In this document: piece after piece, positions 50,016-61,929 of the stretch
Layout of the letters: each line of letters starts with the position of its first letter
How positions within the stretch are numbered: the first letter of the stretch is position 1
Assembly: GCA_026770705.1 (NCBI GenBank)
Contig: JANJGN010000026.1
Location: 31,000,001-31,064,000 of the forward strand
DNA length: 64,000 nt
DNA from: Isurus oxyrinchus
Lineage: Eukaryota
Direction of reading: 5' to 3'
Translations under genes and position numbers: made by a program
The notes under the pieces: model-generated
What the model saw: the letters and a program-made list of their open reading frames with translations, nothing else
The model's database searches: none
Told to the model about the DNA's origin: nothing

Positions 50016-53000
50016 AGGATTAACAATATTTTACAGGCCAATTTCTTCCTCTACACTGTCCAACCAAATAGGTCAAGGTTTGCTACAGCACGGATTAAAA
50101 TAGAATAAAACTCACTCTGCATTGCCTAACCGAACACTCCCAAGACAGGTGCATCACTGGTTTAGAATCGATCAAATCTCCTTCGACAGCCTGTCTGTCA
50201 TTTCTGAATTGTCCTTTCTGACAATGGGTTGGGTATCTCATTTCTGAGTTGGCTGGTCAGAAAGTCAAACTTTCACATTTCTCACAGATACAAGTTTTTT
50301 GAAGAAATAAATCAAATTGCACTTCATAAAATACAGGAGAGAGAACCAGAAGGTTTACAACCAGCCAGGAAGATTTCTGGTCCCAGCACAGTGACCACGT
50401 GCACAGAAACAGAACAGACTCAAATGGTGTAACAAACGAGTTCCCAGCAGATAGATCTGTTCAATCTGTTCATTTCATTCAAGCTGTCTGATTCCAATTG
50501 ATCAATAGTCTATTTACTACAATTATTCTATAACTTCTTTCAAATTAACCTGATTTTAATTTCAAAATTCCCTTTTAAGTTAATCTAATTCTCCCTGATC
50601 TGTCTCAAATCTCCAAATAAAAGAGGATTTAAGTTACCCTGAAAATGAGCACAGCAAAAATTACAGGTTCAGGATAATTTGGTGTCCGTAACAGAGACTC
50701 AATTACAGGGTAAGAATTAAAGAAATCAGGAAACATTCACATTGAAAACCAATTACCCGCTGATTTGATTTGATTTTAGGTATAAATATAACCAATAAAA
50801 TCATCGAGGTGAAACACCTTATCGAGCTGAGCACAGCTGAGTAAGAAAAGTATTCTTTTCTAAATTAATTTCGGATAAAATTAAAAATTCTCTCCACTGA
50901 GATTTTGCATTCACTATAATGAACAGTATACTATTTAATTGTTGGAGTTCATTTATGTTGAATTAATTATCACTAATGTTATATTGTAAGATAATTTATC
51001 TTGTTATTGTCAATTCATTTTCTTGTTAGCTGATTTCTACTCTATAATATTAAAACATGGTTTCAAAAATGGAAAATTTGTTTCTCCCTGGTACTTGGTG
51101 GAATAATTGGGGTTTATTTAAATCAACCTGACACTGAAACAATGTTAAACAATAAACTTCAAATTGCTAGATGGTAACATTTAAGCAAGTATATCAATTT
51201 TACTGAAATCTAAGCACGATTTACTTTTACTTCTACTGCTCTGTTTTAACCAACAGAATTGTAACCTATGCGTGTTTCTGAACGCATTGAGAAAGCACAA
51301 ATTCCATGTATTCTCATCGAGTAATTCACAGGGTGAATTTATCAGTGGAATATTTGAAATACTTTCAAATCTGGCCAGGGTCACATCGCATTAAGTGTCG
51401 ATGAGCTGTAACAGCATCTGTTTGCTAAAGCAAACTTGTCTTAACTCTAAGCTATATGTAAAAAAAAATTCCTGACAGTTACTTATTATCAATAAAATTG
51501 CTTCCTAGATAACAATCCCTATTCTTTAATTGTTAAATATATTGTTCATTGAAAGAAGATCCAAATTGATCAATATAAAACTTGATGAGAACAATTCATT
51601 CAGATCAGCTGTGGCACTGAAATATAACCAGCAAATTGAATCGAGATTTTGTTCTTCAATTTAATAAGAATTAAGCATGAATCTCAGCTATAATCTTTTC
51701 TTCCTCTATAATTCTATCCTGTGTACAGCACAGCTATGGTAGACAGGATGTTGTTATTAAATTCAAAACTAACAATGTTTGCAATTAAATTAATCTGTTC
51801 TAATTTCAAGCTTTTCCTTGTCAAACTCTATTCATATGCAGTCTGCACCTTCCTAAGTTCAAAAAAAAGTAAGAACAATTCATTTACTGCCAGCGAATTC
51901 CACCCCCCAGAAATCTGTTTAAGATTAGATTAGTGACAATTGTCTCGCTATCCAAATCCCAATGACATTGAAGGAATAATATGGTTAGGGCTGCACAGAA
52001 AGAATGTAATAACCGGATAGACATATTGCCAAACTGCAATGTCAAACTTCTCTTTAAGTCAATGCAAATGTTAACAGGGATATAAAAAATAATGCAAAAT
52101 ATCTTGTGAAATTGACCAAATCTGTAGAATCAGTATATTCTTACTGAAATTATTTCATGCATAATCACAGAATGTTTCCAGCCTAAAAACTTTCCCGATC
52201 ATGTTAATTGTGCGCAGAGCACAGCAGAAATGCTGAAAGGCGATTAATGATCAATTATGTTAATATGAAAGCTGTTCCGTAATATGGAAAAATATTACCA
52301 CATTATAATTGTTTGAATTGTATTAATTTTACTCTACAACTTGAAAACTTGGTAATTATATAGTCTGATTACAGTAACGAATTATGTTCTCAATGAGCGT
52401 CGCAATCCATGGTTTAGTTCAATCTGCAATTATCACTTAAAATAAAGACAAAATGTTCTCACACATTTTAAACGCTTTTTTCCCATTTCTGAAACCTGCC
52501 TGTTTTCTGCCGACAATCATTCTTCAATCAGATACAAACGCGTAGACTGTTTCCATTCAATCACAAAACGTGTAACCGCTCAATGTCACCGAGTTTAAAC
52601 AATGCAGAATCGCCAAACCGTTTCATAAGTTCTACTTATTCAAAGTCACCCAGACACACAATCTCCTCAGCAGAAAAACACCAAATCACATCAGTGAGGG
52701 GCTGAAACCTGTTCCATGGAGAAGCAGCTCAATTCTACAAACACTTCCAACAGAATCCAATGTAACATTGCAAGAAAATCTCAATATCGAATCCAAGCAA
52801 TACGCTCGTCACTAAATAAATGAATAATTAAACTAAACGGAAATATGGAATAAAATCAACAGCATTGTGACTAGGCGGAACATGTTCAATAAATTAATAT
52901 TGAAACTTAAGCATATTTTGTTAATATTGGGTTTGATGTTTGATTTCAAACCTATTTAAAACCTTGTGCAACAGATGGTAAAACCCGCAGCCATTAGATG

Positions 53001-53315
53001 TCACCGAGATTAAACACTGCAGAAACGTCAAACTGTTTTAACAAACGTTAGATATTTCAAGTCGCCTGGCCACACATTATCCTCAGCAGATAAACACCAA
53101 ATCACAACAACCAGGGACCGAATCCCTCAGCAGCACTTTTTGACAAGACACAGTGGAATTATATAATTCAATTTAAGCACATCCACATGAAACATTGTAA
53201 AATAATCTGCAAACAGAATTCACCAGACCCACGTTTCAGTGAACGAATGAATTATTAAAATAGGCAAGATTATAAAGCAAAGACTCAAGTAAAAAAATAA
53301 ATGTGTGGTTCTTAC

Positions 53316-53363
53316 CTGCAGTCACCGTCACCATGGTCCCTTGTCCCCAGTAGTCCATAGCGT
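53316..53363 (-). CDS. IGHJ: Germline JH segment
   Basis: AMDYWGQGTMVTVTA with the WGxG motif, donor G|GTAAG. Confidence 0.97.
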
Positions 53364-53402
53364 CACAGTTTTACATTCCCTGGGCTGTGCCATACAATAA
53401 CT
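53364..53402 (+). other. JH 23-RSS
   Basis: CACAGTT-23-ACAATAACT. Confidence 0.9.
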
Positions 53403-53719
53403 GTCCCTGCACGAAAAAGACAGAAATTTTAAACATTCATAAGTCAGAGGCAAAGTAAGATCACGATGAATCTTCACGAAATTATATTTGCGTTTGCAGA
53501 TATCTTTAGCTATTCATCAATGATCCTCATGTTTTATAATTCAGAGTAATACATGAACATGTTACTGAAATCACCAACCAATGAACGGATAATTATCATA
53601 GTTTTTCAATCTTAAACCACGTTTTTTGGGCAGTTCTGGACATAAATAATACTTCACTGTAAATATAGCAGGATTGTAAAAGCAAACACTGACCCAGGTA
53701 GATTCAATTAGTGCTGAGG

Positions 53720-53788
53720 GGTTTTTGTATTGACAGTAACTGCTGTGCCATCCAGTATATCACAGTGAGACACATCATGGCAAATACT
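53720..53788 (-). other. IGHD: D2 segment (53748-53760, ATATACTGGATGG) flanked by 12/12 RSSs
   Basis: J-facing CACAGCA-12-ACAAAAACC; V-facing CACAGTG-12-GCAAATACT. Confidence 0.92.
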
Positions 53789-54098
53789 GCGGCAGACTGT
53801 TAACTGTAAAATAGAGATTTAATTTCACTGCGCTCTCAAAAACCTGATTCCGACACACCTAAAAGTGAATCAGTGAGATATTTCAGCGTGTACTGGTCAT
53901 TATACTTATCAATGTGATTGGAATTCTTTTAAAACCTCTTTGCAGATTTAGCGTGTCACTCAACACGCTCAAAGCGGAAGACTGTTATATCTTTTCACAA
54001 ACCAAAATTACCTCTACTCATTATTTTATTTAAAAATGATTTTCTTTGACGTTCCTGCAGTGTTAGAGATCATGAATTTAAACAAACTCCTTCTCTGT

Positions 54099-54181
54099 GG
54101 TTTTTGTATGAGGATGTCGCTGTGCACAGCACTGTGACCCACTACTGTAGTATCACAGTGAAATACACCCGCACAAAAATT
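54099..54181 (-). other. IGHD: D1 segment (54137-54153, ATACTACAGTAGTGGGT) flanked by 12/22 RSSs
   Basis: V-facing CACAGTG-12-ACAAAAATT; D2-facing CACAGTG-22-ACAAAAACC. Confidence 0.93.
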
Positions 54182-54550
54182 GTACCCTCTCTCTGTTCAG
54201 TGCTGCCTCTCAATATTCACTTCAATAGACGTTTACTTCTGATATAGCAGTGGAATTCATGCAGCAGTTTACAAAATTGAACGGAAAGAGACTCCCTCCA
54301 AGTGTCAGACATATTAAAATGAACATTATATCCAGGTCTGTAATTGCGGAAACTGTTAACAGTAAATATCAACACAGCCAAAAGCTCAACTCATTACATC
54401 GACAGGTTTGCTAGTTTTACTGGTAAATGTGCTGTTTTACTTTTATCAGAAGCGGCTTGTTGTCTGGTCCTGATCATTACAGTTAGTATTACATTTAAAA
54501 CAAGTACTGACCGTCATGTTATGATGGAAGTTGTTGAGTCCCTCTCGATC

Positions 54551-54589
54551 TGTTCTTGTTCGGGTCCAGCCCTGGTTCCTCTCGCTGTG
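54551..54589 (-). other. VH 23-RSS
   Basis: CACAGCG-23-ACAAGAACA. Confidence 0.9.
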
Positions 54590-54894
54590 GTCTCTTGCAC
54601 AGTAATAGATGGCGGTGTCTTCAGTCTTCAGTCTCGTCATGTCCAAGGAGAAGATGTTCCTTGAAGTGTCTTTGGACGCAGTAAATCGATCCTTAATTCC
54701 TGGGGCGTAGTATTCGTACGATGAACTATAGTAGCTAACCAACCACTCCAGCCCCTGTCCGGGAACCTGTCGCACCCAGATCATGTAGTTGCTGCCAAGA
54801 TCGAAGCCGCTGGTTTTACAGGTCAGTCTCAGGGAACCTCCGGGACGCCCGGTCTCTGCATCTGGCTGTGTCAACACAACATCCGACTGGACAC
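54590..54894 (-). CDS. IGHV: Germline VH exon
   Basis: (R)[52 protein letters not shown]...[11 protein letters not shown], open frame with canonical C/W/C. Confidence 0.98.
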
Positions 54895-55021
54895 CTGTAA
54901 AAACATATCAAAAACCCCGAGGATTAATCCTGGTGAACTGATTTCTGACTCTGTAACATTCCAGAGAGAGACTAACACTGAGGCAGTAAAGTGAGAGACT
55001 TGGACAATTAAAACTACTCAC

Positions 55022-55067
55022 GGGATAAGAAAGTCAGCAACAAACTGAGAGAAATCGCCGACCTCAT
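55022..55067 (-). CDS. IGHV: VH leader exon
   Basis: MRSAISLSLLLTFLS + C|GTGAGT. An in-frame upstream ATG lies at 55079. Confidence 0.93.
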
Positions 55068-55139
55068 CCTTCTGGTCATTTGGGGAAAATAGTTCTGTCC
55101 AGAACTCAGTGAACAAACCAACTCCCGGACTGTTGGATT

Positions 55140-55250
55140 CCGGTCCCAGTGAGCGGCATTTAAATACCCGGCAGAAGGGGGCGGATTTCCAGGCGCCGCC
55201 TGTTGATACCCTGGTGGAGGCGGCGACTGGATCCACGCCCCTCCTTCCAC
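55140..55250 (-). promoter_or_regulatory. VH promoter
   Basis: TATA-like TATTTAAAT ~90 nt before the ATG, GC box (55177-55184), GGAAATCC kB-like site. No octamer. Confidence 0.65.
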
Positions 55251-58159
55251 ATCCCCAACAGAATGGACTCTGATGGTTTACAATAGTTTTTTGTTAAAAG
55301 TGGACGTTTTATCTGCATCGGGATATTTTGCTGAGTGGATTTATTATAAAGTCTCCAGTGGTTCTAATGGTGAAATTACAGTTGAGCATCTGTAAAAATA
55401 TAATTCCACTGTAAATTAAGCCCATTTATTTCTACACTACCTCACAAGGGGCTGAACCTAATAAAAATAAATTACATTATCAGGGAATAAAGGGACTGTC
55501 AGTCTGTGTTGCAGCAACCCCGGGTCTCTATCTCATTCCAGCAATAAAGTATCATTAGTCATAGGAATTATTATTGATTTATGTAACTAAATGCGGGAGA
55601 TGAACAAAGTGATTTTTATTAACAATGTGGGTGGTTATCGCTGTACAATTTGGGTCCGGAGATAAGAAAAATCTCCTCACATTGCACAATGTCTTTCCTT
55701 GCATTTCTCGAACTGCCCCTGACCCTATGACAGCTCTTTGAAAATTACCGGTAAAAAACCCGCCTGCCTGAAAAATAAACATTAAGTTTACACAGAAACG
55801 TAAAATTTACATCAACTTTTGACCGAGAAGTTAATGAATCAGAACAGACACGGAGATCAACAAAGTTATCCTTCAGAATCCAAATCACTGCAGGTAATTC
55901 TATTGACCACCGGCTGTCTGCCATTCACTGGTATTGGGAACACAGGATATCAGGACTTTGCGGCATATTACACAATATCACAAGAATAAATGTTTTATCT
56001 TCCACTGAAGCGGGTCATGAACTGATCATTTCTCCACTCATTGGCAGCTATGAGAGGGACTGTTAAATAATCGAAATCAGCACAAATTAAACTGTACAGT
56101 ACACGGTGCTAATCGGGTATAAGAGATCCCTCAGGTTAAATGAGGTGCAGAACTCTGAGAATATTCAAGGAATTCCTGCGGGTTTAAGACAATTCTATGA
56201 TTTTCTTTTAATTTAATTTAATTTTTGCTATTCTACTCATCTCATTATACTGGGGGATTGGGACCATCAACTTCGCTCTCTCACACTTCATGAAGCTCTT
56301 AATAAACCGGCTTTAATAACTGGAATGTCCTTTACTTAGAAATAATATAAATTAAATAGTTTACGGCCAATTTCCTGATCGTGTTTAACCTCAGCGAACA
56401 CGGCATTCATTAAAATATTTCCTTTGATGAAATACCATTTAAAATGCACATTTCGTGTGCGACATAAACATTTATTGTTTGAATGGCTAAATCCCATTTT
56501 GTTCATTCATATCCAGGCTAATCTGCCCCACACAGTATTTGGCAGCAAGCCAGCCGGCTGCAGTCAGGGACGCTCGAATGTCCAGTGTTGTTTACAGGAA
56601 GCATCTGCGGGTTTGTGCAGTAAATGAAAGATCTGTTTCCTCAGTACTGACCGCTTGGCTGCAAGCCAACTTCAAACCTTTAACATTGTCAACAAGGCCT
56701 ATTTATAACAAATCTACCCAGCAACAGCACTGGAGTCAGTTTTATTTTTTAAATTGTGATCTTATGTGGACTGTGCCCATCTCTCAGGAAAGAAAAGTTA
56801 TCCAGCTTCTCTGACACCCTGTCAGCATCAATGGCTCATTGGAGGATCTCTGCAACACACTATAATATTGTAATGGATGGATGGATGGAAAGAATTACAG
56901 GCAGATTATCAGAGATGACTCAAAGAGAGGGTACATTTTGTTGCAGTCAAACATATAAATCTGTGTGATTTTTTTGCCCCTTTACTCTTTCACGGGATAT
57001 GGGATTCACTGGCAAGGCCATCATTTGTTGCCTCTCCCATATTGCCTTTGAACTGAATGCCTTGCTGAGCCATTTCAGAGGGCAGTTAGAGTCCACCATA
57101 TTGCTGTGGATCTGGAGTCACATGAAGCCCAGACTAGGTCCAGTGGCAGATTTCCTTTCCTAAAGGACATTAGTGAACCAGGTTAGTTTTTTCCATGATC
57201 GATGATAGATTCATGGTTCCCTTCACTGAGACCAGCTTTCAATCTCAGATTTACTGTTGAATTTAAATTCCAATCGCTGCCATGGCGGGATTTGAATTCG
57301 TGTCCCCAGAAGAATAGCTTGGGTCTCTGGATTACTCGTCCAGTGACATCAGTACAACACCACCGTCTGCCAAAGAATGGAGGGATGGCTACAGCGATGC
57401 GGGAATGAATGATAGGTGGATGCCTGAACATTTTGATGAAAGGATCAGTGAATGAATTGATCAATGTATCGATACGTGCATCCGGAAGATACTGTTTTAC
57501 CTTCTCATCTTTGTGTTTGACGACTTCAAGCCTTGAAGCAGGTCCAGTATTTCATTTGTGTCAGTCTAATACCTTCAATCCCTCCAGATTTTCTGAATGT
57601 AGTACATCCTCAGGGTATCGAGCTGAACGTCACCAATAGAAGGCTGGAGATGTCCCTGAGGTACTGATGATTCTTCCCCGCTGATGGGGAATCATCATCT
57701 TTCAGTCAGAAAGCGGGTACATAATTTGGTTTAGGATGGAGGATTGTAATATTTGGAACATATGGTCCTTTCATGTAAAACAAAACATTCAACTTATCCT
57801 CACTCAAATTAGCGAAGGTAACAGACATTACTCACTGGAGAGCCTCACTAACTTACAGTCAGATCCAGGTAGCTTTATTTATACCATCACTTTACAAATC
57901 CACACACACTACAGTTACATAACAGGAGTTTCTGTGTGATGAAGAGGTGATTACTTTTCAATAAAGCGCAGAGGCTGCTGGGTAGCTGCTAATTACCCTC
58001 GGTCTGATTTAATTCCATTTCCCACTGAATTCTGGGACAGATATGATCCCTTACTGACAGAATGGTCAATGTGATCTCACTCAATGTTAATGATATTAAA
58101 TGAATCGCAATTACATTTTGTATGGAATAAAATGCTGAAAATGCTTGGTTCATACAATT

Positions 58160-58445
58160 ATTAATCTTTGTGAATGGATGATAATTGCTGATTATAATTA
58201 GTTGTCTTGTGAATTGATGGTAATTGGTGAATATGATTATTTATCCTTGTGGATTGATGATAATTGGTGAATATAAATATTTATCTTTGTGAATTGATCA
58301 TTGTTGGTGCATATCATTATTTATCTTTGTGAATGGATGCCAATTGGTGAATATACTTATTTATCTTTGTGAACTGATAATTCTTGAAGATAATTATTTA
58401 CCTTCGTGAGTTGATAATAATTGGGTTGATAATTATTTATCTTTC
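58160..58445. repeat. AT-rich ~40-bp minisatellite, about 7 copies
   Basis: Unit approximately tatttatctttgtgaattgatgataattggtgaatatgat. Confidence 0.85.
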
Positions 58446-58449
58446 TCAG

Positions 58450-59990
58450 CCTTTACGACCTTCTTCTTCTCTGCTGAAAGATAAGATCCGTTCCACAGGA
58501 GGTGAATAGTGCAAAAATCACCACACTATCTGAAAACAAAGCTGACAGGTGAGACTGCAACTATTACAGGGATATCTCACTCATAGAGTAACGGGGAAGG
58601 CCTTTGCTCGGGTCATACTTTAAAGACTTCATCTGGTTTCAGGCTGAAGCACAATGTGATGTTTTTATCAGAAGCTATACTCTGGACATGATTTGCTCCA
58701 CACACTGGACACCGTCAGCAGAATAGGACTCTCCAAGGCTTTTGGGAAAATTGGCTGTTCACCAAAGCGCCTCAGTCTCATTCACTCCTCGCATGACAAC
58801 ATGCCCTGCACTGTACAGATTGATGATTCCACTTCTGAAAGATTCGGAGTGAAGAATGGAGTGAAACAGGCCTGTGTCCACCCCTACTCTGTTGGGCACC
58901 TTCTCCATGCTGTTGATCTTTGTCTTCCATGTAAGTATGGAAGGAATCGACTTACACACTCGATCAGACCACAAGCTCCACAATCTATAAGACAGAAAAC
59001 GAAGACATAAACACATTGAATCTTGATCAGAGAATTCATCCACGCTGATAACCCTGTCATCAAAAGGGAAACTCATTCACAAAGACTGACGAACTGACTC
59101 TCCCATACCTGTAACTTGCTCCCCCTGACTATAGCCTTGGAGAAAACCATGGTCATTGGACAAGGTGTTGTATTTCCGCCATTGATCACACTAAATAACA
59201 AACGGATGGAAGTAAATTCCGCTCCCTGTGTTCCATGGTGATAAGCAGCCTGTTCCTTGCTGCAGAACTTGATACACGTATGGGGAAAGCAGCTGCCACC
59301 TTTGGCTGACTCATGAAACGCCCCTGGAATAACATCAAACTGGCCCTTAGGACCAAGCTGATGGTTTATAAGGCCTGCGTACTCAGCACCATTCTCTATG
59401 GCTGTGAAACATGGACGAATTACAGTTATTAAGAAAAGAAGATCCAGGGAGTGGAATTTCCATCTTCACTGCCTGCTGTGCATTTTGGTTATGTACTGGC
59501 AGGAAAAAGTCACGAATGCAGTGCTACTGACAAAGGTAGAGCTCCCAAAACTGCAGAACCCATCAAACAGAAGCGGTTTTTGTGGCTTGGGAATGTTCGC
59601 AGGATTGAAGATGGTCACATACACAAGGACTTTCTGTTTGGTGAGGGAGCTGGAGGCAGGCAACCAGTGGGACACCCAAAACTCCACTTCAAGGAAGCTT
59701 GAAGTGAAGGCCCTAAATATCGATTATCACAACTGAGTGTAACTAACTGACCACTGAGGAAAATGGCGACACCTCCTGTGGATTGGCGAGTATCACCACG
59801 ATGACCAGCGGCTAAAGCGGCTTGGAAATTGAGGCCAAAATTGGGAAAAATAACCAAGCCACAACGACACTTTGTAGCTTCATGTGCAGCACTTGTGGCA
59901 GCACCTGCCTCACAACAATTGGCCTCCTTAGAAATCAGCACATCTGAAATGGGTTTGTTTCTATTGTGTGTCTGTGACCTTTCATAGATG
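58450..59990 (+). mobile_element. Degraded RTE-clade LINE
   Basis: LDTVSRIGL..KIGCSPKRLSLIHSSHDNM..FGVKNGVKQACV; TKLMVYKACVLSTILYGCETWT; WLGNVRRIEDG. Confidence 0.85.
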
Positions 59991-60070
59991 GAAGGTTGTC
60001 CAGGATCATCGTGAAATTTAGTTGCAAACAATGTGACGTGCTTCTCGCTCTTTCCCTCCCTCCCAATCTT

Positions 60071-60072
<2 letters not shown>

Positions 60073-60107
<35 letters not shown>
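60073..60107. repeat. (CA)n microsatellite
   Basis: Direct reading. Confidence 0.95.
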
Positions 60108-60110
<3 letters not shown>

Positions 60111-61929
60111 CAAAATGGCATCTTGTGCTTCAACTTAAGATGCCACCTTGACTTCCTGGGAGGCTCCATAGGCCTTAACTATTGAAGAAAATGATCCTAA
60201 CTGTCTATCAGGTGGTATCATGAACCAATAAACTCTTCCCAACACTATGTTTGTTGAGGTGGATATTAAAGCACCCGCCGTCCCTATACAGCTCCCTGGT
60301 CAACATCCCTCCCTTTAATCAAGATGAACAAAGTTACATCACCAGGAATTGGGCCGCTTTGCTCTGGTGCCGCTTTAACGTGCGCTAATCAACCACATTC
60401 ATCTGCAATTAGTTGAATTTTGTTAAATTTTGACACCTCCCGCAGAAGGCGATGTGGTGTGACACCTGGGGAAGTGGATTCTTGATACAATAATGTCAAA
60501 GACTTAACCTGACAGCAACATTTTCACAGTAGCTGCAATTGCAACGTTTGGCCGGCAGATGGATATGAAATCTTGAAGGATACATTCTATGAAACAGGCA
60601 TTGTCTCAGATAATACTACACTGGACCTTGTCTCTGTCTTTTTAAATTGGACTCAATCTATTTTTATGTTAGACCAAACACTGTCTCTCTTTATATTTCA
60701 ATGTACCCTGTTTCAATTAATACTGCATCAGTCAATACCAATATTTATATCACACAGTCTGGAAGTTCCCAATTCAAACCGATCGGATTTACCTCTGCAG
60801 TCCTGTCACATCCAGTCGTAAATGGTGGTAGACAAGTAAACAAATAACTGGAGAATGGGACTCCACAAAGCTGTGGGTCTGGAGTTATATGTATGGGAGG
60901 TGGTGATGTGCTGGTATTCTCACTGGGCTAGTAAATCGCTGGGGGTCTGGGTTTGAATCCCACCACGGCAGATGGTGAAATTTGAATCAAAAAATCTAAT
61001 GATGACCATGAAAACATTGTCGTAAAAACCCAGCCTAACAAGCCGCACTGTTCTCAAGTGGGCAATTAGGGATGGACAATAAATGCTGGCCTAGTCAGTG
61101 CCGCCCCCATTCTCATGAACGAACAAAAAAAAATGTAGGCCAGACTGGCTAAGGACAGCAAGGTTTCATTCCCTAAAGGACATCGGTGAACCAGGTGGAT
61201 GTTTAATATAATCGAATATCGTTTCATGGTCATCATTATTGAGATGAGCTTTCAATTCCAGATTTATTAATTGAATTTGGATTCCACATGCTGCCATAAA
61301 GGGATTCAAACCCCTATCCCCAGGGAAAAGGCCTGGATCTCTGGATTACTGATCCAATGACGTTCTCACTGCACGATGGTCCCTCCCATGTTATACAGGA
61401 TCCTGGTTCAATTATTAATTCCCTGGGAACTACTTTATTTCTATTGTGCTGGATCAGGCCTCTGTTTGTATTAAAATAGACCCTATCTCATTAATGTTCC
61501 ACTGGAAGCCATCTCAGTTTGTCTTGCACTGGATTCTTTGTTTATATTACACTAGGCCCTGTCTCTGTTTGTTATATTAAATCTTGACTATGTCTACATT
61601 ATAGTGGTCATTGTAACTATGACACTAAGCTATGTTTCTGAAGAAGTGTCATATGGATTCGAAACAATAACTCTGTTTCTCTCTCCACAGATGCTGTCCA
61701 ACCTCCTGAGTTTGTCCAGCATTTTCTGTCTTTATTTCAGATTTCCAGCATTTGCAGCATTTGCAGCATTTGGATTTTATCTATGCCTCTGTTTAAATTA
61801 TGGCTGCATTACTCCATGTTTCTGTGAGATGGAGAGATAATATTATAAATAAAGATGTTAGGCTAGAAATTGGTATCTGGCAGTAGCCTGAAAGGACGGT
61901 ATCAGATCGGCCATATATGCTACACAGCA

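Noticed and set aside
50387-50425. CACAGTG in the J-C intron as an extra RSS
   Set aside because: No acceptable nonamer at 12 or 23 spacing and no adjacent D or J segment.
54598-54604. Cryptic heptamer within the YYCAR codons
   Set aside because: General feature of VH genes; not distinctive.
58160-58445. Regularly spaced repeats here and at 40070-40530 as CRISPR-like arrays
   Set aside because: Contiguous degenerate tandem units without unique spacers, in a vertebrate genome with no cas genes.
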